Shown in pieces: positions 47,429-61,060 of a stretch of 64,000 bases of DNA. The notes beneath the pieces were generated by a model. The model searched no databases and was not told the DNA's origin. It saw nothing but the letters and a program-made list of their open reading frames with translations. The stretch comes from Hormiphora californensis (lineage: Eukaryota > Animalia > Ctenophora): contig CM035352.1 in NCBI GenBank assembly GCA_020137815.1, positions 5,270,001 through 5,334,000 of the forward strand. The letters are read 5' to 3'. Both the position numbers and the translations under genes were made by a program. Every line of letters starts with the position of its first letter. The stretch's first letter is position 1.

Positions 47429-47819
47429 TCTGTAGCTGCTAAAGGAAGGGAGAAGATTACTCTCTCGTTACATTGCAATTCGTTTCACTTTTGCTTGTCT
47501 CGGACACCAATATGGGCTCTTCTCCTCATTAAAATGCTACTTAAATCTGCCTCAAATACCAATAGTCCAGCACATATGATCTCTCTGCTACCAGGGAGCA
47601 CTCTCCCCGGCATGGCCTAGTCCAATCATTAGTTTGTAGCAGGATTTTTGGCCAATACTAAACAGCTCACTACAGCGAAAATCCTTGTGTTTTGGTGCAC
47701 TAAGTCGCTTATCGCGTGTAACAACGCTACTTTAGCCCTAACCCTAAAAAACCGTTTGTCTTGGCATACGTTGCAGGCCCCTTATAATATAATATAAGGG
47801 GCCTGGAGGGAATACCGCG

Positions 47820-48650
47820 CTAGGGGGGAATACATAATCAATCATATCTCCGGTTCCAGATAAGGTACAGAAATCATTTTGGTAGCGTTGGAAAGAGGAA
47901 GATAACAGCTTTCAAATGCAACCGGTTTCAGGTCTCTATCTTATCAGGAACAGGAGATATGAACCAAACTCCGCAAAATCGAGTGCGGTAAAATAAAAAA
48001 ATTCGAGATTTTAATTCAAATTTGAAACAAAGTGTCCCTGCAGGGACCTGTGACGTCACTTTTTGAAAACAACCAATCTTTGAACGGCTATTGCTCAGCC
48101 TCCTCAAGTCCAATTAACTTCTCTCAAAAACAGCAAGGTAGATAATTGTCAGATCTAACAGCTAGTGAAAGAATCAAGCAAAACGGACTTCAGGGGCCAA
48201 AGTTATAAGCACCGCCGTTTTTTCGACCGCAAAGTTATTTTCGACCCAGCCGGGCTCAGGCCAAACGCGCGCGCGGCATTCCCTCCAGTCCCCTCGTTGC
48301 GGGGGTGCGCGCATGAGGGGGCTGCAGCGCATTCCAACCGTTTGTCAGCACTCACGAAACACCCAGATTTTAACGCTGGCCGTTGGCAAACGTTGCTGGC
48401 CCCCGATAGTTCTGCGCCACGCGCAGCGCGGGATAAGGCAGCGCTTTTCAACGCTGGCCGTAAAAAACTGAAAACAGTCAGAGAAAAAAACAAAAAATTT
48501 CATTTTGTTAAAATTAATAAAATGTTTATATTACGCGCGCGCGGCGCTAGTCTTGACGCGCCGCGCGGCACTTTAACTCATAAAGTCAATTTGCGCGTGC
48601 CAAAAATCAACTCACAAACCTTCGACTGGAAGTTTATCCCACTTTGATTC
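47820..48650. mobile_element. Probable non-autonomous TE remnant with internal inverted repeats and GC-rich core
   Basis: Internal IR catatctcc..gataag / cttatc..ggagatatg and repeated aacgctggccgt; termini not resolved. Confidence 0.35.
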
Positions 48651-48754
48651 TCACTGAACAAATTGAAATATCCGAAATTTTGGTTGGCATAAACTGTAAT
48701 TAAGCATACAATAATACAATACACTCAGGCAAATAAAAAACAGTGATAAAAAGA

Positions 48755-51700
48755 TTAAACTCGTTTCATGTGGCCAGGGATAACTTGGGAGGGGGCTGTG
48801 AGCCTCGGGTTCTGCATCTGGGTATTGTGGCCACTTCCCATGCCTCGTACAACCTGACAGGAAGTAGGTTATTAGCTCCAATGTTTGTTATCAAGTTTAA
48901 CAAAGTCTGTACACTGTACTAAACGGGGACTGTCATGGACACTGACAGTTAGTGATTATAGTCTCCGTGTTGATTGGATTTTAAGTGTGTTTTTAGATTA
49001 TCCCAGCTACCAGTACTACTAAGTGTTTAGTTAACTACCTGTCTCACCTGGTGGGGTTGTATGATCCGAGAGTGTTCATCTAGGACATGGGACGGCATAC
49101 CCCTACTGCCCATATTTCTAACTCCCTTTGCTGGAACATTCCCTCTCATTTGAGGCACATAGGGACCACCCTGAAAATATATAACACTGAAAATACAATC
49201 GAAAGGAGAACACTGTTACATAACAACATGCAGTAATGAGTTCATAGTTTTAATTTTCGGCCAGTTGGGTGTGTGAGTAATTATCTTGTACGTACGTTTT
49301 GCATGTAAGACTTGTGGACCATGTTGATGGGGATCATTCCTGCAGCGGCACCAGGATGCTGACCCCTGAACTGGGGCGGGGGTCGTTTCATGTGGACCAT
49401 GTCTTCACCACCTCCACTATATACCACGTGACTCTGCTGGGGGGACAAGTGTTAAGTATCAGGGGATATTTTTTCCCATTCGGGGTGATATTTTCCATTC
49501 CCGCCCCTAACTAGGATACTTGTTGACTGGTGCAGTACCGCGTGTCATCGAGAAATAAAGATCAACTCACCGGGATATATCCGATGGATTGATTGGAGTT
49601 GCTGACAAGTATTTTCTGACTCTGTCCCGGCATTATTGGTTTCCCACCCTGCATGGGGGCCATGGCCCTCTGGGTACTAAGCAGGTAGATCGGCTGGCTT
49701 TGTCCCTGTTTCATTGGACCTGGAGCCATCACACCGTACCGGGCGGGCCCCATACCCCCCTGCATGTGATCCGGTAGCTTCCTGTAGGTGACACTATTTC
49801 CTGGTTTCTGGTACTGTACAGGGGCATACTCCCCTCCACCTCCACCTCCTCCTCCACCCACTCCTGGCCCCCTCTTGTCTGGCACAGTAATGGTCCTGGC
49901 AGCCTTCTCCGTATTTTCCTTGTTTTCCCGGTCCATCTTCTTGTTGGCCAGGGCAACTGGAGAGCAGGGAACTGACGTGTCTCCCTCTGTTACGTGGACG
50001 TGGGTGGGGTTCGGCAGAATCTGACTGTGGGACATCCTGCAAGTAGGTATCAGTTGGCAGTGGTGGAGAGGGCAGGGGAGAGGGAGCTGTGAAGAGGGTA
50101 GGGGAGAGGGAGCTGTGAAGAGGGTAGGGGAGGGGGAGAGAAAGAGTGGTGAAGAGGGGAGGGAGCTGTGGAGGGGGCTGTGAAGAGGGGAGGGAGTGGT
50201 GAAGAAGGAGAGAAAGAGTGGTGAAGAGGAGAGGGAGTGGTGAAGAAGGAGAGAAAGAGTGGTGAAGAGGAGAGGGAGTGGTGAAGAAAAGAACACATGA
50301 GAGGTATCGGGTAGAGATCAGTAGAGAACATAGTTCTAAACTCTAACTAACACGTACGGTTTGTAGTCCATGATAGGTTTACTAGCAGCCAGTTTCTCTA
50401 TCTCCCCAAACAGCCTGATAAAGTTGAGGGTACTAGATTGGGATGCCTCCTCCGCTGATACCCTGGCTGTCTTGTGTCCTGTACCGTACTTGTGTTGTGC
50501 CCTAATGGGGTCCTCCTCCCTCTGCATTATCAGAGAGTACCTTTCTCGACACTGTGTGAATAGAGTTCGCTTAGGGTATAATCATTATAGCTGTCAAACA
50601 ATAAATCACTTGAATACAAGTATTAAATCTGTTTACGCTCCAGTTGCAGATTGGAGGCTGGCTCCAGTTTCTGGCGCCAGCCTCCAGTCTGCAACTGGCG
50701 CAAGCTGGGAGAGTCCCTGTGCGCGCCAAATCTTCGTTGACTAGCAGGGTTTTCGATGTGATTTGCATCTAAAGTAGCGTGCGCGGCAGTGTCAGCAGTG
50801 TCAGCAGGGGCCTGCTTCATTGTAACTAACATCAGTCGCAAAATCTCTAACTGGACCCTAAGGGTCCAGTTAGAGATTTTGCGACTGATGTCAATATTGT
50901 CCTCCTATTTAAGTTGAATACAAGTAGTACAACAAACATTGAGAAACAGAACTAATACCTGTATGGGAGTCTTATAGCTGTTAGATTGTATGTTCAGAAT
51001 GTCAGCAATTAGGTGCCAGTTCAACTCGTGTGCACTGAGATGGTGGGCCGGGTGGTGGGGTGTCGAACTGGCCATGTGGAGCTCCTGGACTGGTTGTACA
51101 GATTGGCTGAGGGCGAACTCCTCAGCTGGTAACCACGTCTGAGAGTGTTCCTCCGATTCAAGTGATCTGTCCGGTTTTATACGGATCTGCCTCTTTTTGT
51201 TAGGTTTACTTCGCTCTTTCCTATAGGATAAATGACAAGTTAGGGGGACAGGGAAAGGGACTGTTTATCAAACTAAACCGGTGAGGGAGTGCCTGCTAAC
51301 CGAGGTGTAATACCTGATAAACGAGGTGTAATACCTGATAAAGGGTGTAATGGGAGGTTTGATCTCAGGAGGGAGCTGTCTGTTCAGTTTCAGGTAGTGT
51401 TGGGGAGGTGCCGGAGGGGGAGGTGCAGGTGGTTCCTCAACGGTCTCAGCTCTCACAATCTCAGCACCCTTGATAGCGTGGTGGGGAGGGATGGAGAGGG
51501 TCGGTGGAGGAGGCGGGGGTGGTTCAGGAGGCTCCTCCTTGATCTGCACTGCTGGAGGTATTATCTGGAAGGCGAGGTTGGGAATAATCGTCACCTCCGG
51601 AAGGTCTGCCTCTGTCATCAGGCACTCTGTAAAGTATCTACGAGGGAAGGTGTGTTACAAATATTATTAATACACTTGTTACAGCTTTGTAACACTGTAC

Positions 51701-54700
51701 AAAGTACTGTTACGCCTAGTACCCCCTGTTACAAAATGTTCTCCCAGTCCCCCCTCTTGTGTCGGCCAGATCTCTGCAATTAGAGAAATCTCTTCCTAAA
51801 TCTCTTCCCTGATACTGACAGTCTCAGGGAAGAGATTTAGTCTCAGACTGTAACTCACTGAGACTGTAGGACGGGATCCAGGTGAAACACATCTTGATCT
51901 TGAAAGGGTGGAGTGGGGGGCATCCATAGATCATCGTAATCACCGTCCTGAGAGACACACTGTTAAACTACACTATCAGTGGGGGAAACCCCCGGAATAT
52001 ATATTATTTGTAAAGACATTACACAACACACGATAGAAAAGAATCTAAAGTCACAGCCTCTGTCTGCTAGTACTTTAGGACTAGAGTGGCAGAGTGGAGA
52101 GAGAAAGAAAGAGGGAGGGAGGGGGAGAGAGAGATACTGGTTGTTTCTTCTGGGAGTGAGAGAGAAACAAAGAAAATAAAGAGAGATTAAAGAGAGACAG
52201 AGGCTGGCACTCTAGTCCTATGCCATCACGTGTTTATTTGGAACGAAGCACGGGTTCACTTTTGTATCACAGAAAATATTATTAAAAATAAGAAAAAAAT
52301 TAAAAACATCCAAGATAATAACGCTATAATAGTACCCACTCTCCCTCTCTTTCTCACTGATTTGGCGACAGAGACTGTGACTGATCGGGCGTGCTACTAC
52401 TCGGATTGACGGATAATGGAGCGGTACTCCCTCCGTTGCTACCCGCGTGATAAAAAGGAGTCCTGTATATTGTGGCAGGGAGTTGTTGTTGTTGGTAAAA
52501 GTCCGAAGTGGTGACAGGAAAGGGTGTCGAGGTAGGGGTGTTGTAGAAGAGTTGTTGTTTGGGATACTGGTGTGCTTGGAAGGGCATCATACCACTGTGA
52601 GACACAACCGTGTGATGGGGAGTAACCGAGTTTACTAGACGATTTGCCGGCAAAAGTTGTTGTACAGAGTTTGCCATGGTGTATCCTCTTTGTTGTTGCT
52701 GGTGGTAATCGGGGGTGATCGGTAGTGCTCTTGGTATCATGGAGTTTGCTAGTAACATTTGTTGTTGTTGATGTCGGATCTGATGTTGTATCGAAGTCGG
52801 GGAGATCATTTGTTGTTGGGCCCTGATTGCTGCTGATGATGACACCAACTGCTGGTTTCTGAGGGCTTGTGCAGACGACACCAGCTGTTGATTTCTGATG
52901 GCTTGGGCGGACGACACCAGATGTTGCAAGTTAGGATGGAACTCCCCACCACCCCCACCGTATACTGAGTTGGGTAGGAAACAATTGGAGTTGTTTGGAT
53001 GTTGTGAGTGATTGTTAATTTGTTGTTTCTGAATGACAAGTTGTGGCTGCTTGCTCTGGTACCCTCCCACAAATTGGGTGTTCCTGTATTGCGGGGGTTG
53101 TTGCAGCATGAAGCGGTGCTGGGGGAATGAGGTATGAGTGGGGAAGGAATTGGGCAGGTTCGGGTTGAGTGTTAGTCTGGTGTTCCGGTTGGGAAGTGTA
53201 AGTTGGTTGTTCTCCCCTCCCTCAATACATAATGAATGCTGCTGTGGAGGGTGCAGCTCCTACTGGGGTCGGTGGGTTGCTCTTCCTAGAGGCGTATGTT
53301 CGTTTAGGTCCCTTGACAGTGAGAGGAGTGCTCCTAGAGAGATGTGGTTTCCCCATAATTGGAGGTCCAGGTAAACAAGGTGGTCGAGCTTTCTCTGCCT
53401 CCTGCCTCAAGGCTACAGAGAGCTTCTTCCTACATCCGTTCCAGCATGAAGTATAACCTTTCCTTCTCTAGTTCGATCATCATAGCACTTGGTCCCTTCC
53501 TTCTCTTTCTAACATATACAGGGCGTTCATATTCCTCGTCTGATGAGTGTTCAGAGGATGAAGGTACCTCCTCCTCTCTTCTCCTCCTTGCCTCCATCTT
53601 CCGTCGCCTATTGATCCTCCGTAGAGCTACCTGTGGATCCCAGGAGGTGTAGGTGAGCAGGAAATCATCATCTTCCTCTTGTTGTGCTGCTTGTAGCTCC
53701 TGTAGACTTGTATCCGGTACCACCATATCCTCCTGAGGAAGAGAGGGGTGTTAGGAGGATGAGGGGAGAAAAGGGGGAGAGAATGGGATACACTTAGGAC
53801 ACCTTTTGATACCTAAACCCCTAAACTTTGAGGTGTGCTGCAGCTGCAGTACAACTCGTTTGTTTTTGCACATCTGGCGCCCCACCAACAACACCGGGGA
53901 GATGGAGCCGCGCACAGAATGCTCGCGCGCCAGAACGCTACACTTTGTATTGGTCGCACCCCTATATCGCAGTGTAGCACAGACGCACTCGCGGTAGACC
54001 CTTTTAGCAGACTTACACCGGAGCGGTACACAACATTCTGCAGCCCCCTCTAAACATGCCCCTGTTAATACCTCTTGTTGGCGAATCAGCTCATCAAAGT
54101 CTTCCTCATTCTCTTCTTCTAAGAAGCGCAGAGCATACTGTTCCAGAGGAGTCAACTCGTTTTCTATTGACAGGATCTCCTCCTCGAATTGTGTAAATTG
54201 TTTAGTTTCTGTAACAATCTTCTTTTCTTCCTCATTCTGAAAGAAGTTTGTGTGAGGCAGTGTAAACTGTTCTTATTAAATTCCCTGCCTCTTCCTACCC
54301 CATCTCCCTCCCCTCTCCCCTGTCGTACTATAACCTGCCAGTGGTGTCCCCCCTCTCTATCTCCCTCTGACTATGACCTACCAGCGGTGTCTCCCCTCTC
54401 TATCTCCATCTGACTATGACCTACCAGTGGTGTCTCCCCTCTCTATCTCCCTCTGACTATGAGCTACCAGTGGTGTCTCCCCTCTCTATCTCCATCTGAC
54501 TATGAGCTACCAGTGGTGTCTCCCCTCTCTATCTCCATCTGACTATGACCTACCAGTGGTGTCTCCCCTCTCTATCTCCCTCTGACTATGACCTACCAGC
54601 GGTGTCTCCCCTCTCTATCTCCATCTGACTATGACCTACCAGTGGTGTCTCCCCTCTCTATCTCCCTCTGACTATGACCTACCAGTGGTGTCTCCCCTCT

Positions 54701-55642
54701 CTATCTCCCTCTGACTATGACCTACCAGTGGTGTCTCCCCCTCTATAGGGTCGGCCTCATCAAAATCTCTCAGATCCTCATTCTGTTCGCACTGTGCCCG
54801 TAGTGTAGCTGTCCTGTCCTCAGCATCTTCAGCCTCTGCTAACACCTGGGGATGTGACATTAGTATGAGGGTCAATTGTTTTGGGACACCCGGTATATAC
54901 CACTTTGTGAGAATTACGTACAGATTCAAGGTCCTTCTTAGCAATAGTTCGATGTTTTGGAGACATTTCCCGGATGTGGTCCTCTGTTCCCATAATGTTT
55001 CCTACCAAATATCTCCCTCATGTTATCCTTTTTAAAGAATGCCGTAGTGAAGTTACCTCCCTCTATAGCAACTGAACCTAGCAGTCGTTTTTGGTTTGCC
55101 TTCTTCAGGATGTTCTCTTCTATAGTGCTGGCACTTACCAACCTAGGTAGGGGGTAGTTACAAATAGTTAGATAGTTGTATTGCAAAGAAGGGGGTAGTT
55201 ATATTGTAAAGGGGAGCTGGAGGGGGACTATTAATAGATCTCTAAATTTAGTTACCTATAAATGTGAACATCCCGTGTCTGCCCAATACGATGACATCTA
55301 TCCTGTGCCTGGGCGTCCATAGTTGGGTTCCAATCGCTGTCATAGAATATCACGGTATTAGCCCCTGTCAGGTTGACACCGACACCTCCAGATCGGGTAC
55401 TAAGGATCATACAGAATATCCTGCTGTCAGCATTGAATCGCTCCATTAGTTCCAATCGGGCATCAACCTTGGTAGATCCGTCCAACCGGAGGTATGTGTG
55501 GCCGTGGTAGTTTAGAAACCGCTCTAAGATATCAAGCATTCGAGTCATTTGGGTGAAAATCAGAACTCGACTGCCATCCATCTTGAGTTGTCCCAGGAGC
55601 TTGTCTAGTCGTTGGAGCTTCCCACAATCATATTGGATCAAT

Positions 55643-55712
<70 letters not shown>

Positions 55713-58389
55713 TAGTTAGGAGAGTGAAATGGGAATAATTAAAGCGGTGATAATTGTAGTAACAACTCTAATTAATGTAGTACCTCGTCTCAGGGAGAAT
55801 GAGGCGCCGTTTTGATTGGATATCGTAGAACGGTTCGGATACCTCCCACCACTTGTCATGGACAGTTGTTGGTACAACATCATCTTTAGTAAGTTGGGGT
55901 CGGGGTGGAACAGAGACGGCGTCACAGCATATCAGGAACCGATCAAGAACTGGTGACATCTCCTCTAGTCTCTCCAGCACTAAGGAGGGAGGTGTTAGTG
56001 GAGTTCAAGATATTCGTAGGCAGGGTGTGAGAGCGTGATGGTGTGAGAGTGTGATGGTGTGTTTCCTAAACCATGTAGATAGAGTATCCCCTCTCTGATC
56101 TCTCAATCTCAGGGGGACCCCTACCTGTTGTTTGTTGTGGTACTGTAGGAGAGGGGATGGTTAGAGATGCTATTAGATCTGCCCCATACATAGGTACTTT
56201 CTGACATCTCATATCATTCAGATCAGCAAACATCTTCTGGCGGGATGTCCTCCACTGTTCTCGAGCCTCCTCAATTGCGGGCTAGGAATAAATAATAAGC
56301 GAGGGGAATATTGGTGGCAAACAATCTAAAACTTGGATATATTTACTGTGTCGATCCTCAGGGAGAACTCTAAAGAGAAATTATATTTCTAGCCATTACT
56401 AGCGAAACAATTGTCTTTCTCTAAACTTGTGTTATGTTTCTATCCCCGCCTATAACACCATGCTAGAAACTAACCAGTTGTAGAGAGGTGTCATCATCAA
56501 CAGTCACAACAGTAGTACTGGCATGTCCGGTAGAACTACTTCTCGTTTGGGCTGCCTCTCTGATTGGGCTACTCAGGGACCTGGATTCCGGGCTGGAGCA
56601 CCCAACATGGATCAGAGATGGGGGTAACATACCTGTACCTGTAGAGGAGGTGTATTAACTTGGATTTTGGAACTACTGAGTTCACAGACAGATTCAAGTC
56701 AGTAATCAGTTTACACATAAGTAACAGTTTTCCTACCTCTTTTAGGGGCGGTAGTTCTGCTGGACGAATGGCTGGTTAGTTGGGGAGGTCCGAGGGGTGG
56801 CGGTCGAGGGGGCGGCTGGCCAGGTTCCACCAGAGGCAGGTTTATACCCGACACGGGGTCCCTGAAGTAACCCACTGGTATCACCGCAGCGGCACTTGGA
56901 GAGTTCGGTTTTGGGGAAACGGAGCCCACGACTGGACCAGCTGAAATAACGTGTGTTAAAACTGTATTATTGTCAAAGTAATATTGGCAGTAACTGGTCA
57001 TGTAAAAAACTACTCCCCTTGCCAATAATTTTGAGTGAAACTATAGATGTAAAGTTACCTTCTTGGCTTCGTGGTGTGACGGACTTGGCAAGTAGAGGAG
57101 GTGGTTCTGATGAGTCGGACCGGGGAGAAGGAAGAGAGGGATGGGGATTGGGCGAGGCGTACGGTCCAGCTCGAGGTGATGGCATGGAGCGAGGGGAGGA
57201 CATTGGATGAGGGGAGCTCTTAGAGGCACTTCTTGGTGTCCCACCAGGCCCGGGAGTGGTCCTGCCACTGACAGATCCAGTTCTTGGTCCACCCAAACTG
57301 GGCATCTGCCGCAGGATGGGAAGCGGAGGGAGTGGTGGAGAGGGAGGTCTGGGTGGAGCAAAGACCGTGTGGGATGGGGCTGAGTAGGTTAGGTTATCCG
57401 GTACTGCCCCCTTGTATCCGACCTCCTCAATCAGCACACGATGAGTCTTCAGTTGTTGCGTTCTGTGGGCTGTGTGACTGGTAATCTGGTTCTCATATCC
57501 CGCGAGGTTCAGGTTGAACCGCTCGAAACACGGCTCTTCTTCTATAGCCCGGAGAACTCGGGAGGGTGTGTCGTACTGGAGGGGAGGTAGAGCAAGGGGA
57601 GATATCACGCCTCTCTCTTCAAACATGTCAGGATGATTGCACACCTTTCTCAGCTGCATTAGAATGCCAATGACACTGATAAACCTTCCACTGGAGAGAG
57701 TATCTCTAGTGTCCTTTCTCTCCAGGAATCCTTCATAGAGAGCCCGCTGCCTCTTACTCAGCCCGCACATCAGCACACTCTCGGTTTTCTTGGGAAGTTG
57801 TAGTTCCACTTCCTTCTTCAGACGGCGGAGAAGAAAGGGACGGAGGATCTTGTGGAGTCGCTCCACCAACTGGGAATTGTACTCTTCTGTCCCCTCGACC
57901 TGGGGAGAGGGGAGTTAGAGTGGTGGGGTATAATAGCAGGGGAAACAAACCATCGGAACCACGCATTCCATCCCAGGGCTACTAACCCATTCCCACACGT
58001 ACCATGCCAGTTAGAGGGTTACTAAACCACTCTCTGAACGCTGACTGAGATCCAAATACAGAGGGCATGAGGAAGTGCATGAGAGACCATAACTCCATCA
58101 AGTTGTTTTGGAGTGGTGTTCCGGTCAGGAGTAACCTGAAAACATATGTGTCACAGTATTAGAAAGCTGATTGCATACATGTGGCCCCCCATTATATGTG
58201 TCAAAATTTAGTCCAAAAACCAATTAAATAAATTAGTTTGGATGCCCGGGCCCATGTGGTGTCACGGGGGTAACACCTTTAGACTACTGCCATAATTAAC
58301 GGTATATCTCGTTAATTGTTAATTGTTATCCTTCAATCTGTCTATCTTTATCTATCTCTCTCTCTCACTCTCGTCTTTCTCTCTCTCAC

Positions 58390-58421
<32 letters not shown>

Positions 58422-60980
58422 TATTTCTCTCTCTCTCTCTTTCTCTCTCACTGTTTCTTTCACTATATCTTTTTCTCTCTCCTCTTATTTATCTCTCCGT
58501 CTTTCTTGATTATATCTCACCCTTTCTATCTTAATTTCCTTTGCCTTTATCTCTCTCGATATCCATCATTTAGGACAGTTATAGCCTAAAGGTGTTACCC
58601 CCGTGACACCACATGGGCCCGGGCATCCAAACTAATTTATTTAATTGGTTTTTGGACTAAATTTCTGTTCTTTTTGGTGTAAAATAGAAAAAAGCTATTT
58701 TTTCGGAATTTTTTCTGATTTTGTCAGGGGGACGACCCCCCATAAATCGACTATTCTGCGCCGGAATATGTCCATGAAAACGTTCTAGGACCATCCGAAG
58801 TGGAAATATTAAGAATATGCATTATATCTTGAATCGGTGCATAAATATGCAAATAACGGCTTAACGGTGCGAGATGGAGATTTTTGTCCCGAGTAAGACC
58901 CCCCATAAATCGACTATTTTGCGTCGAAATATGTCCATGAAAACGTTCTAGGACCAGCTGAACTGGAAATATTCAGAATATGCATTAAATTATGAATCGG
59001 TGCATAAATATGCAAATAACGGCTAAACGGTGCGAGATACGACTTTTTGTCTGGGGGACGACCCCCCATAAATCGACTATTTTGCGTCGAAATATGTCCA
59101 TGAAAACGTTCTAGTACCAGCCGAAGTGAAAATATTGAAAATATGCATAAAATCGTGAATTGGTGCATAAATATGCAAATGACGGCTTAACGGTGCGAGA
59201 TAGAGATTTTTGTCCCGAGTAAGACCCCCCATAAACCGACCATTCCGCGTCGAATAAGACCGGTTTCAAGTCTTTATGACCTTCCAGTCGTGTCATATCG
59301 CAACCATGGTTAAAATGAATATTTAATGACTAATTAATGAATAATTCATGAACTATGGCGATTTCGAAGTTCTCACACAGCTATTACCGAGCGCAATGAT
59401 GTAAGGAACCACTGTTCCAAACGGCAAGTCTCTACTATGTGTGGTTTAGGAGAACACTCAAAGATAAAAAAGCGTCCTCCCCCCCCCCTCCCCCTCCCCT
59501 CCTTACATTTTTGCATTTTGGGACCCCTCTGGCAAATTTTTACCTTCCATCCGATCGTTCTGAAATGCATGCCTAAATTGCATGCCTCTTCTCCTATATG
59601 AGGGCCCTTAGAGTACAAAATTTCAGCTCTCTACTTCAACTGGAACATGCTTTTTTAAAGCATCAAAAACCTCGAAATCTGCAATGGTATATAGTAGCAC
59701 TGGCAGGATTTCACGTGCTTGTGTGTAGAAGTGTTGCGTGTGCTCTCTCTTTTGTTTTTGGAGTTAGAGGGTATTTCTAAGGTGGGGGCTCTGCCCCCAC
59801 ACCCCCGTTTATGGTGGGGGCTGTGCCCCCACACCCCCTTTTGGGCCCGGGGCACTTGCCAGTGCTATGATACTAAACATGTGCTAAACAGACTGATGTG
59901 GAAACTGATCTTACACAACATTATACCTTCTCTGGGAGTTGAAGTTGAGAAGAAGCTGCCACCTCTGAGATTTAAAGTTCTTGATATTGTGTGCCTCATC
60001 TAGAATCATGTAATACCATTTCTTAGCACGGAATGCTCGGTAGTCCTGTAGGGGAGGGGGGTATTGAAATGACTGAAGAAAATATCTTGTCTCATATAAA
60101 ACTTTCCGCGTAGCGGCCTCGTGCAGTGTGCGATCTTACAGTCAGAGCCTGGCAACAAATATCAATATCATATCATATCACCCCTCGTGTAATACCTGGA
60201 CAACGAGTTTGTAGCTGGTGACACAAACGTGAAACGTGTTAGGTTTTGTCCATCCTATCCTCTTCTCTTTCCGCTCCTTTTGACTTCCGTAGTAACTCAT
60301 CACCTGCGTGGGTTGTTTGTTTGTTTGTTTGTTTGTTTGTTTTGTAGCAGACCCCTCCCTTTGAAATAAGGAAGTGAAGCGATCTGATCAGGGGTTTCAG
60401 TGAACTGCTTGACACCATAAAAGGTAAAATGAGATAAAGATGTCACACCTTAAATGAGGGGAGCCATTTCTTGAATTCTAGATCCCAGTTCAGAAGGACA
60501 GATGTTGGCACGATAATAAGATGTGGACCCCAAATGCCCTTGTAACACGCTAGATGTGCCAGTAGGGCTATCGTCTGCATCGTTTTGCCTGGAGGAGGAG
60601 GGGGGTGAGGTTACAATTTACAGACTGAGAATCAGGAACCGACCGAAACAAGTAAACAACCAATCATAACTCGTTATTTAGGTCACGTGACTGGTTATCA
60701 GCCAATCAGGGACCAGTATTTCCTAATTCGGTCGTTTACAGACTGAGAATGGTGGATTGTGATGGTTGAGATGGTAAAACGAGGCTTCCATTTCCCAGTG
60801 CTACAGACGTACCTAAACCCATTTCGTCAGCCAGTATTCCATTTAGTTTGCGTTGTTCCATTGCTACCAACCATCGGAGTCCGACCTCCTGATACTCCCT
60901 GAGGGTGCCCCGGAGTAGGAAGGGAACCTTGGTGGACAGGGAGGTAGAGCCTGGTGTGGGAGCCTCGCTTGTTAGTTTAC
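48755..60980 (-). CDS. domino/SRCAP/EP400 (SWR1-type SNF2 ATPase) with C-terminal SANT/Myb domain; 5' exons beyond window end
   Basis: [22 protein letters not shown] (60980-60450), [51 protein letters not shown], split-ATPase insert, [47 protein letters not shown] ([25 protein letters not shown]); stop TAA 48755. Confidence 0.93.
50060..50290. repeat. Purine-rich minisatellite in an intron
   Basis: gagggagtggtgaaga(a/g)g units. Confidence 0.85.
52354..53640 (-). CDS. Putative alternative terminal exon(s) of the domino gene (basic/acidic, then Q-rich)
   Basis: In-frame read-through past the donor at 53641 ([14 protein letters not shown]..), a coding-like middle segment, and a 251-aa Q-rich ORF ending TGA 52354. 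The main line must skip this region for exon 51947 ([14 protein letters not shown]) to be in phase. Confidence 0.5.
54335..54745. repeat. 43-bp tandem repeat (~9 copies) duplicating an exon end and its donor
   Basis: ctatgacctaccagtggtgtctcccctctctatctcc(c/a)tctga repeated. Confidence 0.92.
58207..59870 (-). mobile_element. Helitron/Helentron-like element, copy 2 (in a domino intron)
   Basis: Reverse-complement match to 10673-12424 with the same termini (a|TCATAGC...CTAAA|tt). Confidence 0.8.
60633..60734. mobile_element. hAT-like MITE, 3'-truncated, flanked by a 16-bp direct repeat
   Basis: CAGGAACCGACCGAAACAAGTAAACAACCAATC..; tttacagactgagaat at 60617-60632 and 60735-60750. Confidence 0.75.
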
Positions 60981-61060
60981 CTGGAATATACAGGGGGTTA
61001 TCATCACGTGTGACTGGCAACAAGTTTATTAGTTTCAAGTGTATTTCATCGTGTTAATAT

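Noticed and set aside
51289-51783. 164-aa + strand ORF and other antisense ORFs over exons
   Set aside because: Shadow frames of Pro-rich domino and RRM exons.
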